Notes: generated from the letters alone by a model not told the origin. DNA of 64,000 nucleotides from Candidatus Microgenomates bacterium (GCA_049523135.1 JBEKNE010000001.1:391009-455008); one strand, 5' to 3'. Positions 49,304-58,324 are shown, counted from the first letter of the stretch. Program-made: numbers and translations.

Positions 49304-49309
49304 TGGCTA

Positions 49310-50533
49310 ATGGGCTATCTAAAATCGGCACTAAGGGGTATTAGCTGGATGACTGCATTGGAACTTTTAACCAAGGGTGTGGCTGTACTCAAAATTGCGG
49401 TTTTGGCCAGAATCCTATCTCCGTCCCAGTTCGGTTCCTACGGAATTGCTCTTTTGGTACTTGGATTCTTGGAAGTTTTGACGGAAACCGGAATCAATGT
49501 CTTTCTGATTCAGGAAAAGGATAAGATCCAAACTTATTTGGATTCGGCCTGGGTTATTTCAATTATCAGGGGAATTCTGATCTCGCTTTTAATAATTGCG
49601 GCTTCGCCATTTGTTGTCGGCTTTTTTAAGACTCCTGAAGTAATCACTCTTTTGTATTTGGTTTCGGCGGTTGCCTTCATAAGAGGTTTTATTAATCCTA
49701 TGGAAGTTGTTTTCCAAAAGGAGCTGAACTTTATGAAGCAGTTTTTATTTCAAGGATTTTTATACCTTATCGATGCGGGAGTTGCGGTAAGCCTCGGTCT
49801 CCTTACTCATTCCGAAAGTGCCATGATTATAAGCATGATTGTTGCGGCAACGACGGAAGTAATATTGAGTTTTATAATATTTAAAGACAGGCCGAAGTTG
49901 AGTCTTGATAAAGAAAAGTTTTTGAAAGTAATTCATAGCGGTAAATGGATTACGGGAGCCGGCATTTTTGCCTATATTTTTCAGAATATCGATAATGTAA
50001 CTATCGGAAAACTGATGGGAACAATGAACTTGGGATATTATCAGCAGTCATACAATGTTGCAACCTTGCCGGTGACCGGAGTGAGCGATATCTTCAACGC
50101 GGTGATGTTTCCGGTTTTTGTAAAGATGTCGGATGATATAAAGATCCTTAAAAAAACCTTTTACAGTGCCTGCGGAACCATTTTTGCAATGGCGTTGGTC
50201 TTCGGAATAGTTGTTTTGCTTTTTTCGAAGCCAATAATTCTTCTTTTCTTGGGACCCAAATGGATTGCAATTGAACCAGTACTGAAGGTTTTGGCAGTAT
50301 TCGGAATTCTTAAGGCGGTGCTTAATTCTACTTATTCGCTTTTCCTTTCTTTAAAGATGCAGAAAATCGTAATGCTTTCGGAATTTTTCGGAATTATCGG
50401 AATGGGAGCGGCAATTTACCCGATGGTAACGAAATTTGGAATAGTTGGGGCAGGATATTCGACTATAATTGCTGTAATTTGCAGTTTGCCGGTAGTTGTA
50501 ATCAATATTAAAAAGATCTTTTCATTTAAATAG
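49310..50533 (+). CDS. wzx: Wzx-type oligosaccharide flippase (MOP superfamily, Polysacc_synt)
   Basis: About 12 TM helices. N-terminus LKSALRGISWMTALELLTKGVAVLKIAVLARILSPSQFGSYGIA is typical of PF01943. Confidence 0.65.
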   Translation: MGYLKSALRGISWMTALELLTKGVAVLKIAVLARILSPSQFGSYGIALLVLGFLEVLTETGINVFLIQEKDKIQTYLDSAWVISIIRGILISLLIIAASPFVVGFFKTPEVITLLYLVSAVAFIRGFINPMEVVFQKELNFMKQFLFQGFLYLIDAGVAVSLGLLTHSESAMIISMIVAATTEVILSFIIFKDRPKLSLDKEKFLKVIHSGKWITGAGIFAYIFQNIDNVTIGKLMGTMNLGYYQQSYNVATLPVTGVSDIFNAVMFPVFVKMSDDIKILKKTFYSACGTIFAMALVFGIVVLLFSKPIILLFLGPKWIAIEPVLKVLAVFGILKAVLNSTYSLFLSLKMQKIVMLSEFFGIIGMGAAIYPMVTKFGIVGAGYSTIIAVICSLPVVVINIKKIFSFK

Positions 50534-50534
50534 G

Positions 50535-51911
50535 ATGAAGAAAAATAATCTATTTTGGCTTGTTTTAATCTCCGCCCTTAGCATCTTCCTCCGTATCTAT
50601 ATGATCGGAACCAATTATTATTTTACAGGGGAATTAGGCAAGGAACTCCACTATATCAGTCAGTTGATTTCCACCGGAAGGTTTCCGCTTGTGGGGCTTG
50701 CCACATCCCATGAATGGCTTACCTATGGCCCGGCCTACTACTGGATAATGATTCCCGTTGTTAAAATTTTTGGATTTTCTCCATTTATTCTTTTTTGGGT
50801 AGCATTGGCGGTTTCCGTCATTGGAATCTTAATTACATATTTTGTTTTTTCAAAAATTGTTGATGCAAAGTTTACCGCGATATTGGCATTTTTTGTTTCG
50901 GTTTCTCCTCTTTGGATTCAGCTGACCCGGCTTTCGAAACTTCACACATTTTTCTTTATCTTAATTCCTCTGGTAATTTATTTTCTTTATAAAATCTGGA
51001 ACAAGGATAAAAGATATTTTTTCTGGTTAGGGTTGGCTTTTGGATTTCTTTTCAGTTTTCACTATAGTCAGATTCCGATCTTAGGCGTTTTGCTGTTGGC
51101 GTTTTGGATTAAAAGAAAAGGAACAAAACTTGGCGATTATCTTAAGTTTGCTGTTGGTTTGATTCTTCCCAATATAACAATTCTTATATACGACGCCAAA
51201 AGCGGATTTACCATGGTGAAGGACCTTGTTATGTGGATTCCATATAGGATTTTGGGCTTCGCAGGGCTATACCCGAAAAATAATTTGGATATTGTGACAG
51301 GAGGATCAACAATCTCCGCTTTCAATGAATTTTTGGGAAGAAATCTTTTTTGGGACGGCAGATTTTGGGTTTTAGGTAGCATTGTATTTTTGATTTTATT
51401 TGTAGCCTTTTTTATGCAAAATTATAAAAGGTTTTCTAAAGACTTTTTTGTTTTTTATTTAATTTCTTCAACAATTGTTCAATTTGGGGCGCTTCTTGTT
51501 CACACAACCCCTCCTGTTCATTATTTCTTGCCCGTATTTTTGAATTTCGGGCTTTTGTTTTCATTTTTTGTTTGCAAATATTGGAAAAGACCTTCCGTAA
51601 AGGTATTCACGGCTCTTATTATCGTTTTAATAGCCGTAATCGACATTCTGAATATGCCCAATGAGCATGCGGATGATATAGATTACATTCCGCTTGGCAT
51701 TCAGGAAGGAGTTGCAAAAAGTATTGTGCGGAATGCGGCTGGAAAGCCTTTTGTCTTAACACGAGTCGGACCGTATGATTATTATCCCGAAACTTATGAC
51801 CAAAATTATCAGTTTCTTATTATGCAGGACGGGGGAAAAATTGATCAGTCGGCAAAATTGAAATATATAATTTATGATATCGGTACTGTATATATCCAAA
51901 AAGTTGATTAA
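50535..51911 (+). CDS. GT-C superfamily membrane glycosyltransferase (COG1807 ArnT/PMT-like)
   Basis: N-terminal loop GELGKELHYISQLISTGRFPLVGLATSHEWLTYGPAYYW matches the PMT_2 pattern. Many TM helices. Confidence 0.55.
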   Translation: MKKNNLFWLVLISALSIFLRIYMIGTNYYFTGELGKELHYISQLISTGRFPLVGLATSHEWLTYGPAYYWIMIPVVKIFGFSPFILFWVALAVSVIGILITYFVFSKIVDAKFTAILAFFVSVSPLWIQLTRLSKLHTFFFILIPLVIYFLYKIWNKDKRYFFWLGLAFGFLFSFHYSQIPILGVLLLAFWIKRKGTKLGDYLKFAVGLILPNITILIYDAKSGFTMVKDLVMWIPYRILGFAGLYPKNNLDIVTGGSTISAFNEFLGRNLFWDGRFWVLGSIVFLILFVAFFMQNYKRFSKDFFVFYLISSTIVQFGALLVHTTPPVHYFLPVFLNFGLLFSFFVCKYWKRPSVKVFTALIIVLIAVIDILNMPNEHADDIDYIPLGIQEGVAKSIVRNAAGKPFVLTRVGPYDYYPETYDQNYQFLIMQDGGKIDQSAKLKYIIYDIGTVYIQKVD

Positions 51912-52476
51912 TTTTCAAATACTGGTATTAAAAGAGACAAATATTACCGATTTTGCAAAAGCCCGAAATGGCCTTTTGAAAAATGCAAAATCGGATTGGG
52001 TTTTATTCTTGGATACCGACGAAAAGATCTCGAAAGAACTTTCCGACGAATTGAAAAATCTCGACCCGAATGGTTTTGACGGATTTTTTATTAAGCGTAA
52101 GATTGTTTTTTTGGGTAAGATTATTGGAGAAGATAAAGTATTGAGGCTTGGCAAAAAGGGCTGTGGTAAGTGGATACGTGCCGTGCATGAGACATGGTGT
52201 ATAAAAGGGAAAGTCGGAACTTTGAAAAATTATATTATTCACGAAACGGCTGTAAACCTCCATGATGATATAGAGAAATTAAACAGCTATTCTTCGATTC
52301 ATGCTCAGGAAAATTTGAAAGAGGGAAAACGTTCAAATCTTTTCAAAATTGTTTTTTATCCTAAAGCCAAATTCATTCAAAATTTTCTTGAGGGACGAGG
52401 CTTTGTCTTTAGCATGTTACAATCTTTTCATTCGTTTTTAGGATGGGCAAAACAATGGGAATTACAAAGAAAATAA
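51874..52476 (+). CDS. Compact GT2-like (WaaE/KdtX-like) glycosyltransferase lacking the canonical DxD-region motifs
   Basis: ISVLYISKK resembles LSVVIITKNE. ILVLKETNITDF resembles IIVLDSGSEDDT. KARNGLLKNAKSDWVLFLDTDE resembles QRQ...DWVLMIDADE. Overall co-linear with WaaE but about 50 aa shorter. Overlaps the upstream gene by 38 nt. Confidence 0.45.
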   Translation: MISVLYISKKLINFQILVLKETNITDFAKARNGLLKNAKSDWVLFLDTDEKISKELSDELKNLDPNGFDGFFIKRKIVFLGKIIGEDKVLRLGKKGCGKWIRAVHETWCIKGKVGTLKNYIIHETAVNLHDDIEKLNSYSSIHAQENLKEGKRSNLFKIVFYPKAKFIQNFLEGRGFVFSMLQSFHSFLGWAKQWELQRK

Positions 52477-53654
52477 AATTAAATCAAATTCTATCGCCGG
52501 AAAGTATATTTATCTTTTTATTTCTGGTAGCTTTTCCTTTTGGACAAATAATCAGACTGAGTTTTAATCTTGCCGGACTATCTATTCCTCTTCAACCGGT
52601 TGATATAATTGCCGGAGGTGCCGCCATCTATGCTCTATTGTCAAATCTCAAAAAACCTCAGATTTTTGTATATTTAATTAAATTTCTATCGGTAGCTGCT
52701 TTTTCCTACATTGTTTCTTTGTTTATTTTTAAAAGTTCAGGTTTAATTTACGGATTATTTTATTTAATAAGACTTGCCGCATATTTTGGATTCTTTATAT
52801 ATGGGTATAATTTTGTCAGGAAAAGTCCGGTTAACGGTAAGCTTCTTTTGGATTCCCTTCTTGCTGTTTCGATAATGTCGGCAATTTTCGGCTGGATTCA
52901 GTATTTTAATTTTCCAGCCCTTAAACCATTTATGGTTTGGGGATGGGATGAACATTTATATCGTCTTGTGGGAACCTTTTTAGATCCTACATATTTGGGA
53001 ATAATTATTACTTTTGGTCTTTTAATATCAATCCATGAGTATTTAAATTCAAGAAGTAAAACCGCTTTAATTACCGGCTTATTTCTTCTTGTTTCTCTGG
53101 CTTTTACTTATTCACGGGCAAGTTATCTGGCTTTCATTGGAGGAATAGTTGTAATCGGAATTTATAAAGGTGAGATAAAAAAGATTATATATCTTGCATT
53201 AGTGCTTGCCGTTTTAATACTGGTTTTACCGACTTCCGGAAATACAATTCTACGCATTACGCGTGAGTTCTCCGCGCTTGCAAGAATTGAGAATTATAAA
53301 GAGACATTACAAATTTTTAGAAGTTCGCCTGTTTTTGGAGTCGGATACGATAATTTATGTCTGGCAAGATCGGAATTTACAGGTTTTGCTGATTTTAAGT
53401 CACATTCATGTTCCGGTTCTGATTCGAGTTTGCTTTTTATTCTTGTCACAACGGGGATTGTCGGATTTATAATTTTTACGTATGTGATTTGGAATTTTGG
53501 AAAGTTACTAATGCGGCAAAAATATAGCATAATTTTGGCCTCCTCTTCTTTTGCGTTATTTATTCATAGCCTATTTTCCAATTCACTTTTTTATCCTTGG
53601 GTAATCGGATGGATGTTTATTCTTGTAGCAATTAATTTACGGAGTGAAGTTTAA
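52443..53654 (+). CDS. O-antigen ligase/polymerase-like (Wzy_C) membrane protein
   Basis: About 10-12 TM helices. FTYSRASYLAFIGGIVVIG loop. Confidence 0.5.
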   Translation: MGKTMGITKKIKLNQILSPESIFIFLFLVAFPFGQIIRLSFNLAGLSIPLQPVDIIAGGAAIYALLSNLKKPQIFVYLIKFLSVAAFSYIVSLFIFKSSGLIYGLFYLIRLAAYFGFFIYGYNFVRKSPVNGKLLLDSLLAVSIMSAIFGWIQYFNFPALKPFMVWGWDEHLYRLVGTFLDPTYLGIIITFGLLISIHEYLNSRSKTALITGLFLLVSLAFTYSRASYLAFIGGIVVIGIYKGEIKKIIYLALVLAVLILVLPTSGNTILRITREFSALARIENYKETLQIFRSSPVFGVGYDNLCLARSEFTGFADFKSHSCSGSDSSLLFILVTTGIVGFIIFTYVIWNFGKLLMRQKYSIILASSSFALFIHSLFSNSLFYPWVIGWMFILVAINLRSEV

Positions 53655-54353
53655 TGTAATATCTTTCTCAGTAGTATTTCCTGCTTGATCAACCGATTTA
53701 ATAACAAAAGGATTAGAGCCTTGATTTAATGTTGTTGTGTATTGAAAATTTCCGCTGTCATCAACTGAAATTATGCGGTCATTGATGGTAACTTGACATC
53801 CGCTTTCGGTATTTCCCTGAATTGTTATTTGTCTTTGATTGGATCCGAAAAAGCTTGCTCCGTCTGACGGTGAACTGACAGTTAGATCCGGGGGCTTATT
53901 ATTAAAAGTAATTGTGTAATCGTCTGATTTCTGGCTCTGATTTCCTGAAGTATCGGTTGCGATTGCCGAGAAAGTATTAGCTCCATTTTGAAGCTGGATG
54001 TTAAAGGAAAAATTTCCATTATTGTCTGATAAAACCTCCTGATCGTTTCCGTTAAAAGTAAGTTTTACAGTTGCACCGGGCTCTGTAGTTCCTGAAATTG
54101 ATGCAGTTTGTTGGTTTGTAAAATCAGGGAAATTATTGAATTTTGGATGTGCCGGAGGAGTTGTGTCGGTTTTGGAAACTTGGGTGTTTCCACCGCGAAG
54201 ACTTGAAACGAAAACCGTAAATTTTCCCAAAAGGGGAATACCCACAAAGAAAACAAACGATATAAAAGCTATTGTGAGAATGATGAAGAAAATTGCATTA
54301 CGCAAATTTCTTTTTTCCTCAATATTTACGAATCTGGATCTAAATTGTCTCAT
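53637..54353 (-). CDS. Membrane-anchored extracytoplasmic protein with two Ig-like (Big-type) repeats
   Basis: N-terminal TM. Repeated modules GTTEPGATVKLTFNGNDQ...TDTSGNQS and GNTESGCQVTINDRII...VDQAGNTTE. Confidence 0.45.
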   Translation of the reverse strand: MRQFRSRFVNIEEKRNLRNAIFFIILTIAFISFVFFVGIPLLGKFTVFVSSLRGGNTQVSKTDTTPPAHPKFNNFPDFTNQQTASISGTTEPGATVKLTFNGNDQEVLSDNNGNFSFNIQLQNGANTFSAIATDTSGNQSQKSDDYTITFNNKPPDLTVSSPSDGASFFGSNQRQITIQGNTESGCQVTINDRIISVDDSGNFQYTTTLNQGSNPFVIKSVDQAGNTTEKDITLNFTP

Positions 54354-54361
54354 AATTTTAT

Positions 54362-54434
54362 GAGCCGAGAGTGGGGATCGAACCCACGACCTGCGGTTTA
54401 CGATACCGCCGCTCTACCAACTGAGCTACCTCGG
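54362..54434 (-). tRNA. tRNA-Thr (anticodon CGT)
   Basis: Reverse complement folds as gccgagg-ta-gctc..gagc-g-gcggt-atCGTaa-accgc-aggtc-gtggg-ttcgatc-cccac-tctcggc-t. Confidence 0.85.
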
Positions 54435-54949
54435 CGCGTTGCCAAGAACACACAATTATAGCATCAGAGGGCACAAGAACACTAAAAAATTTACTTCCCG
54501 ATTCTTTTGAAATATTCAACCTGTTGAAGCCGCCTTACCGCATCCCCCCTTTTTTTATATGGACCACCAAGATGCCTTCTGGAAGTTTTGCCGACAACGT
54601 AATATCCTTCTTTTCTTTTAATAATCATGGCTTAAGTATAACTTAAATATAATTAGAGAACTATCTTTCTTGTAGAAGATTTTACTATGAAGCTATTCTT
54701 CAGGAACTACCCGAGCAGGAATACCGATTTGTTCATTTGGATTTGCTGAAGCAACGGGTACATTTGAACAATCTAAGTGGCTGCGCCTTTGATAGACAGG
54801 GGTCTCTTCTGAACCTTCAAACTCTTCAAATTCTAGATAAGCTTGTGAACTTCTGTCCAGATGTTGTATTTCTTGTTTCATATTTTCTTAATCTAACCGA
54901 CAGATTCTAAACTTAATATTTGCAGATTGCAATAGGCTCAAAAATTGTG

Positions 54950-55020
54950 AGCGGGTGAGCGGAGTCGAACCGCCCTTTCTACCTTGGGAAGGTGGCGTTG
55001 AGCCGATCAACTACACCCGC
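54950..55020 (-). tRNA. tRNA-Gly (anticodon CCC)
   Basis: Reverse complement gcgggtg-ta-gttg..caac-g-ccacc-ttCCCaa-ggtag-aaag-ggcgg-ttcgact-ccgct-cacccgc-t. One C-A mismatch in the anticodon stem. Confidence 0.75.
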
Positions 55021-55276
55021 ATGTGATTAAGTATAAATTATACTCTCCTGTATATTCTTAAAAAAGAATTGACTTAATTTCTGCTTCCTGTAAATTAGGA
55101 ATGTTGTGTTAAAAGAAAATCTACAAACACCAGTAGTATTATATGAGCCCGTAAGAATAGAAACTTCAGTTAGACTTAAGTCTACTGAAACGGTTCAGCA
55201 AAAACCCGTGGTGGCTTGTAAAGAAAAACCTAAAGCAATTACTTCTCCTGATATAGAAAATCACAGTTGGAATCAG

Positions 55277-55819
55277 TTACCTCGGTAAAATTAAGACATT
55301 CCCCGCATGAATTATATTTGGATTCGCAAGTTTGTTTGTTTTAGCAATCTTTGTCCATTGATAGCCATCACCATAAGCTCTAACCGCAATTTTCCAAAGA
55401 CAATCACCGTGTACAACAATATAAGTATTGCCGGTAACAGAAGAAACAGTTTGTGTAACGGTTTCTATCTGTTTGGTTGACGTTGGTTGCTTTGGTGATA
55501 CATCCGGAATTGTTAACTGCTGTCCCACCTCGATATTTTCAGTCTTGAGATTATTGGCACTTTTAATATCAACCCAATTATATCCGGAACCATAAGAATC
55601 TTCTGCTATCGACCAAAGAGTCTCACCTTTTGTAACCGTATGGACTTTTTCGGCGATGGTTTGTATGGAATTCTCCGTAATTTTCCCGGTATTTTTGTCC
55701 CTGAAATAGTTAACGACCAAAATTCCGACAATAACTATGACTACAACTCCAAGAACCATACTAATGCTTTCTTCGTTTAATTTTATTTGTTTGAGAAATT
55801 TTTTTAAATCAAATTTCAA
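55277..55819 (-). CDS. LysM-domain peptidoglycan-binding protein (TM plus 2 LysM)
   Basis: Two LysM repeats (VTKGETLWSIAED...EVGQQLTIP and VVHGDCLWKIAVRAY...AGNVLILP). Confidence 0.7.
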   Translation of the reverse strand: MKFDLKKFLKQIKLNEESISMVLGVVVIVIVGILVVNYFRDKNTGKITENSIQTIAEKVHTVTKGETLWSIAEDSYGSGYNWVDIKSANNLKTENIEVGQQLTIPDVSPKQPTSTKQIETVTQTVSSVTGNTYIVVHGDCLWKIAVRAYGDGYQWTKIAKTNKLANPNIIHAGNVLILPR

Positions 55820-55898
55820 TTTTTTTCACCTTCTTTCAGAAGGGCAGAAGTAGCCTGAATGTAATTGAAGAGGGAAAGGAAGTCAAGAGGGATATTGG

Positions 55899-55971
55899 CG
55901 AGGTCGACGAGATTCGGACTCGCAACCTCTTCCGTGACAGGGAAGCGCTCTAGCCGTTGAGCTACGACCTC
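55899..55971 (-). tRNA. tRNA-Asp (anticodon GTC)
   Basis: Reverse complement gaggtcg-ta-gctc-aacggcta-gagc-g-cttcc-ctGTCac-ggaag-aggtt-gcgag-tccgaat-ctcgt-cgacctc-g. Discriminator G. Confidence 0.8.
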
Positions 55972-56023
55972 TAGCAATAGAGCTAATTATATCAATTGTG
56001 ATAAGATTATTCTAGCCTTAGGT

Positions 56024-57739
56024 ATGGAATCAAGAAAAATACTATCTAATCTTCAAATTGCAGAATTACTTCGTGATGTAGCTGCTGCCTATGAGCTTAA
56101 GGATGCTAAGAGGTATAAATTCCAAATAATTGCGTATGAGAGAGCGGGAGATGCCGTAGAACACGCAACAAGCGAGCTTAAAGACCTTTGGGATGACGGA
56201 AAATTGACTGAAGTGCCGGGAATTGGGCCCGGACTGGCAGAGCATTTGGATGAACTTTTCAGGACCGGAAAGTCCAAACATTTTGATTCGCTTATGAAGG
56301 ATATTCCACGGGAGGCGTTTAAGTTGATGGAACTTCCGGGAATTGGGATAAAGACCGCTCTAAAGTTAATTAAGGAAGGGAACAGGTCGGAAATAGATAA
56401 ACTTCTGAAGCAAGTGTCAGCCAGAGAAAAGAAAGATAAGCGTTTTCTTTTACCCTATGCGGCTATGGTTGCCCATGAAGTGATGGAATACCTGCTTATG
56501 TGTTCTTCTGTTAAGCGTGTAGATCCTTTAGGAAGTCTTAGGAGACAAGCATCAACTATTGGAGATATTGATATTGCCGTAGCTACGGATGACCCTTCCA
56601 AGGTGCTGGATTATTTTGTAAAGTATCCCACGTCGGGCAAAACTATTGAAAAGGGAGACCACACGGCCTCAATTTTACTTCCCGGGGATATACGTGTTGA
56701 CCTTATGACTCAATCTGTAGATTCGTACGGCGCACTTTTGCAGCATTTTACGGGATCAAAACACCATAATATCGCACTTCGTGAATACGCTCTTAAAAAA
56801 GAACTGTCTTTATCGGAATACGGTATTAAGAATCAATCTACAGGCGAGACTAAAAAGTTTAAGGACGAAGTAAGCTTTTATAAATTTTTGGGACTTACCT
56901 ATATTCAACCAGAACTTAGGGAAGATACGGGTGAAATTGAAGCTGCCCGTCAGGGGAAACTTCCCAAACTGGTTGAGCTAAAAGATGTTAAGGCGGATTT
57001 ACAAATTCATTCGGACTTTGATATAGAAACTTCTCACGATTTGGGTGAAAGCTCGATGGAGGAGATTGTTAAAAAGGGAAACGAACTAAAATATGAGTAT
57101 TTGGCTTTTACTGAACATAATCCGAGTCAAAAGGGACATAACGAAAAACAAATTATGGAAATCCTTAAAAGAAAGCGTGAAAAGATTGATAAATTAAATT
57201 ACTCAATAAAAAATAGCCATAGAGGTAGTGTACAAAAAGTGTTCAATAGTCTTGAAATTGATATTTTACCCGACGGAAGGTTGCCTGTCCCGGAAGAAGG
57301 ATTACAAATACTGGACTTTGCTTTAGTTTCAATACATTCAAGTTTTGATTTAAATCGGGATTTAATGACAAAAAGAGTTCTTTCTGCGCTTTCTCACCCG
57401 AAAGTAAAAATATTTGCTCACCCTACAGCCAGAAAATTAAATGAAAGGGAAGGGGTTGAACTTAACTGGCCGGAAATTTTTGAATTTTGTTTGAAAAATG
57501 GCAAATGGATTGAAATAAATTGTGACCCTATGAGACTTGATTTGCCTGACACGTTGGTTAAGGAAGCCGTGAAATGTGGTGTGAAATTAACTTTCGGCAC
57601 AGATGCACACCACAAAGATGGACTGAATAATATGTATTTCGGGGTTTCGGTTGCCAGACGGGGTTGGGCGGAAGCGCGTGATATAATCAATACTCGGCCA
57701 TTGATTGAATTTGAGAAATTACTAAAAGGAGGTGATTAA
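56024..57739 (+). CDS. polX: DNA polymerase X family protein (Pol-beta-like nucleotidyltransferase plus C-terminal PHP domain)
   Basis: N-terminal 8-kDa/HhH (GIGPGLAEHLDEL, GIGIKTA), GDIDIAV catalytic Asp pair, and a C-terminal PHP-like region. Confidence 0.75.
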   Translation: MESRKILSNLQIAELLRDVAAAYELKDAKRYKFQIIAYERAGDAVEHATSELKDLWDDGKLTEVPGIGPGLAEHLDELFRTGKSKHFDSLMKDIPREAFKLMELPGIGIKTALKLIKEGNRSEIDKLLKQVSAREKKDKRFLLPYAAMVAHEVMEYLLMCSSVKRVDPLGSLRRQASTIGDIDIAVATDDPSKVLDYFVKYPTSGKTIEKGDHTASILLPGDIRVDLMTQSVDSYGALLQHFTGSKHHNIALREYALKKELSLSEYGIKNQSTGETKKFKDEVSFYKFLGLTYIQPELREDTGEIEAARQGKLPKLVELKDVKADLQIHSDFDIETSHDLGESSMEEIVKKGNELKYEYLAFTEHNPSQKGHNEKQIMEILKRKREKIDKLNYSIKNSHRGSVQKVFNSLEIDILPDGRLPVPEEGLQILDFALVSIHSSFDLNRDLMTKRVLSALSHPKVKIFAHPTARKLNEREGVELNWPEIFEFCLKNGKWIEINCDPMRLDLPDTLVKEAVKCGVKLTFGTDAHHKDGLNNMYFGVSVARRGWAEARDIINTRPLIEFEKLLKGGD

Positions 57740-57742
57740 TTT

Positions 57743-58324
57743 ATGATTTATATAATATTGGCAATTGTTTTGGTTTTAGTTTTATGGGTTGCATCAATTT
57801 ATAATTTTTTTGTATCCAGTAAAACAAGAGTTGGCGCTTCGATTCAGGAAATCGGAAACCAACTTAAAAGACAGTCGGAACTTGTTCCCAATCTGGAAGC
57901 CTCAGCTAAAGCTTATCTCGTACACGAAAAAGGAATTTTTGCGGAGTTAACCAGTGCCAGAAAAGCCATTTCTTCCGCTGTTGATTCGGGAAATTTAAAA
58001 AGAATGTCTGATGCAGGGAAAATGCTTTCAGATGTTTTACCGAAAATTCAGGTTGTTGTAGAAAGTAACCCTGAAATTAAAGGTTCAACCGTAATATTAG
58101 ATTTAATGGATCAACTTAGGGATACTTCGGATAAAGTGATGTACGCAAGACGTCTTTTAATTGACTTGACGGCTGATTATAATGTCAAACTGGTTTCATT
58201 TCCGAGTAATCTGATTGCTAATCTGTTTCATTTTGAGAAACTTGCAGGACTTGAGACTCCGGTAGATGGAGACGAACTGAAGGTTAGTGCGGAGGAAATG
58301 AAAACACCCAAGGTCAGCTTGTAA
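57743..58324 (+). CDS. lemA: LemA family protein
   Basis: N-terminal TM plus ELVPNLEASAKAYLVHEKGIFAELTSAR. Confidence 0.8.
   Translation: MIYIILAIVLVLVLWVASIYNFFVSSKTRVGASIQEIGNQLKRQSELVPNLEASAKAYLVHEKGIFAELTSARKAISSAVDSGNLKRMSDAGKMLSDVLPKIQVVVESNPEIKGSTVILDLMDQLRDTSDKVMYARRLLIDLTADYNVKLVSFPSNLIANLFHFEKLAGLETPVDGDELKVSAEEMKTPKVSL

Noticed and set aside
51874-52476. GT2 ORF as an N-terminally truncated pseudogene
   Set aside because: An in-frame stop lies 2 codons upstream of the ATG. The N-terminus (ISVLYISKK) still aligns with the WaaE start, so it is a compact and divergent but apparently intact ORF rather than a fragment.
54505-54535. C6T7 tract (gcatcccccctttttttat) resembling a terminator tail
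   Set aside because: There is no complementary G-rich stem upstream on either strand, so this is not a canonical rho-independent terminator. Noted only as a homopolymer pair inside a small ORF.
55106-55288. 60-aa ORF (GTG start, AGGA SD, TTGACT-16-TAAATT promoter) between tRNA-Gly and the LysM gene
   Set aside because: Low-complexity composition, overlaps the 3' end of the convergent LysM gene, no family resemblance. Reported only inside a finding, not as a feature.
54362-55971. tRNA cluster as a possible integrated mobile element or genomic island
   Set aside because: No integrase, recombinase, transposase or direct repeats of a tRNA 3' end were found. The intervening genes are ordinary envelope proteins.
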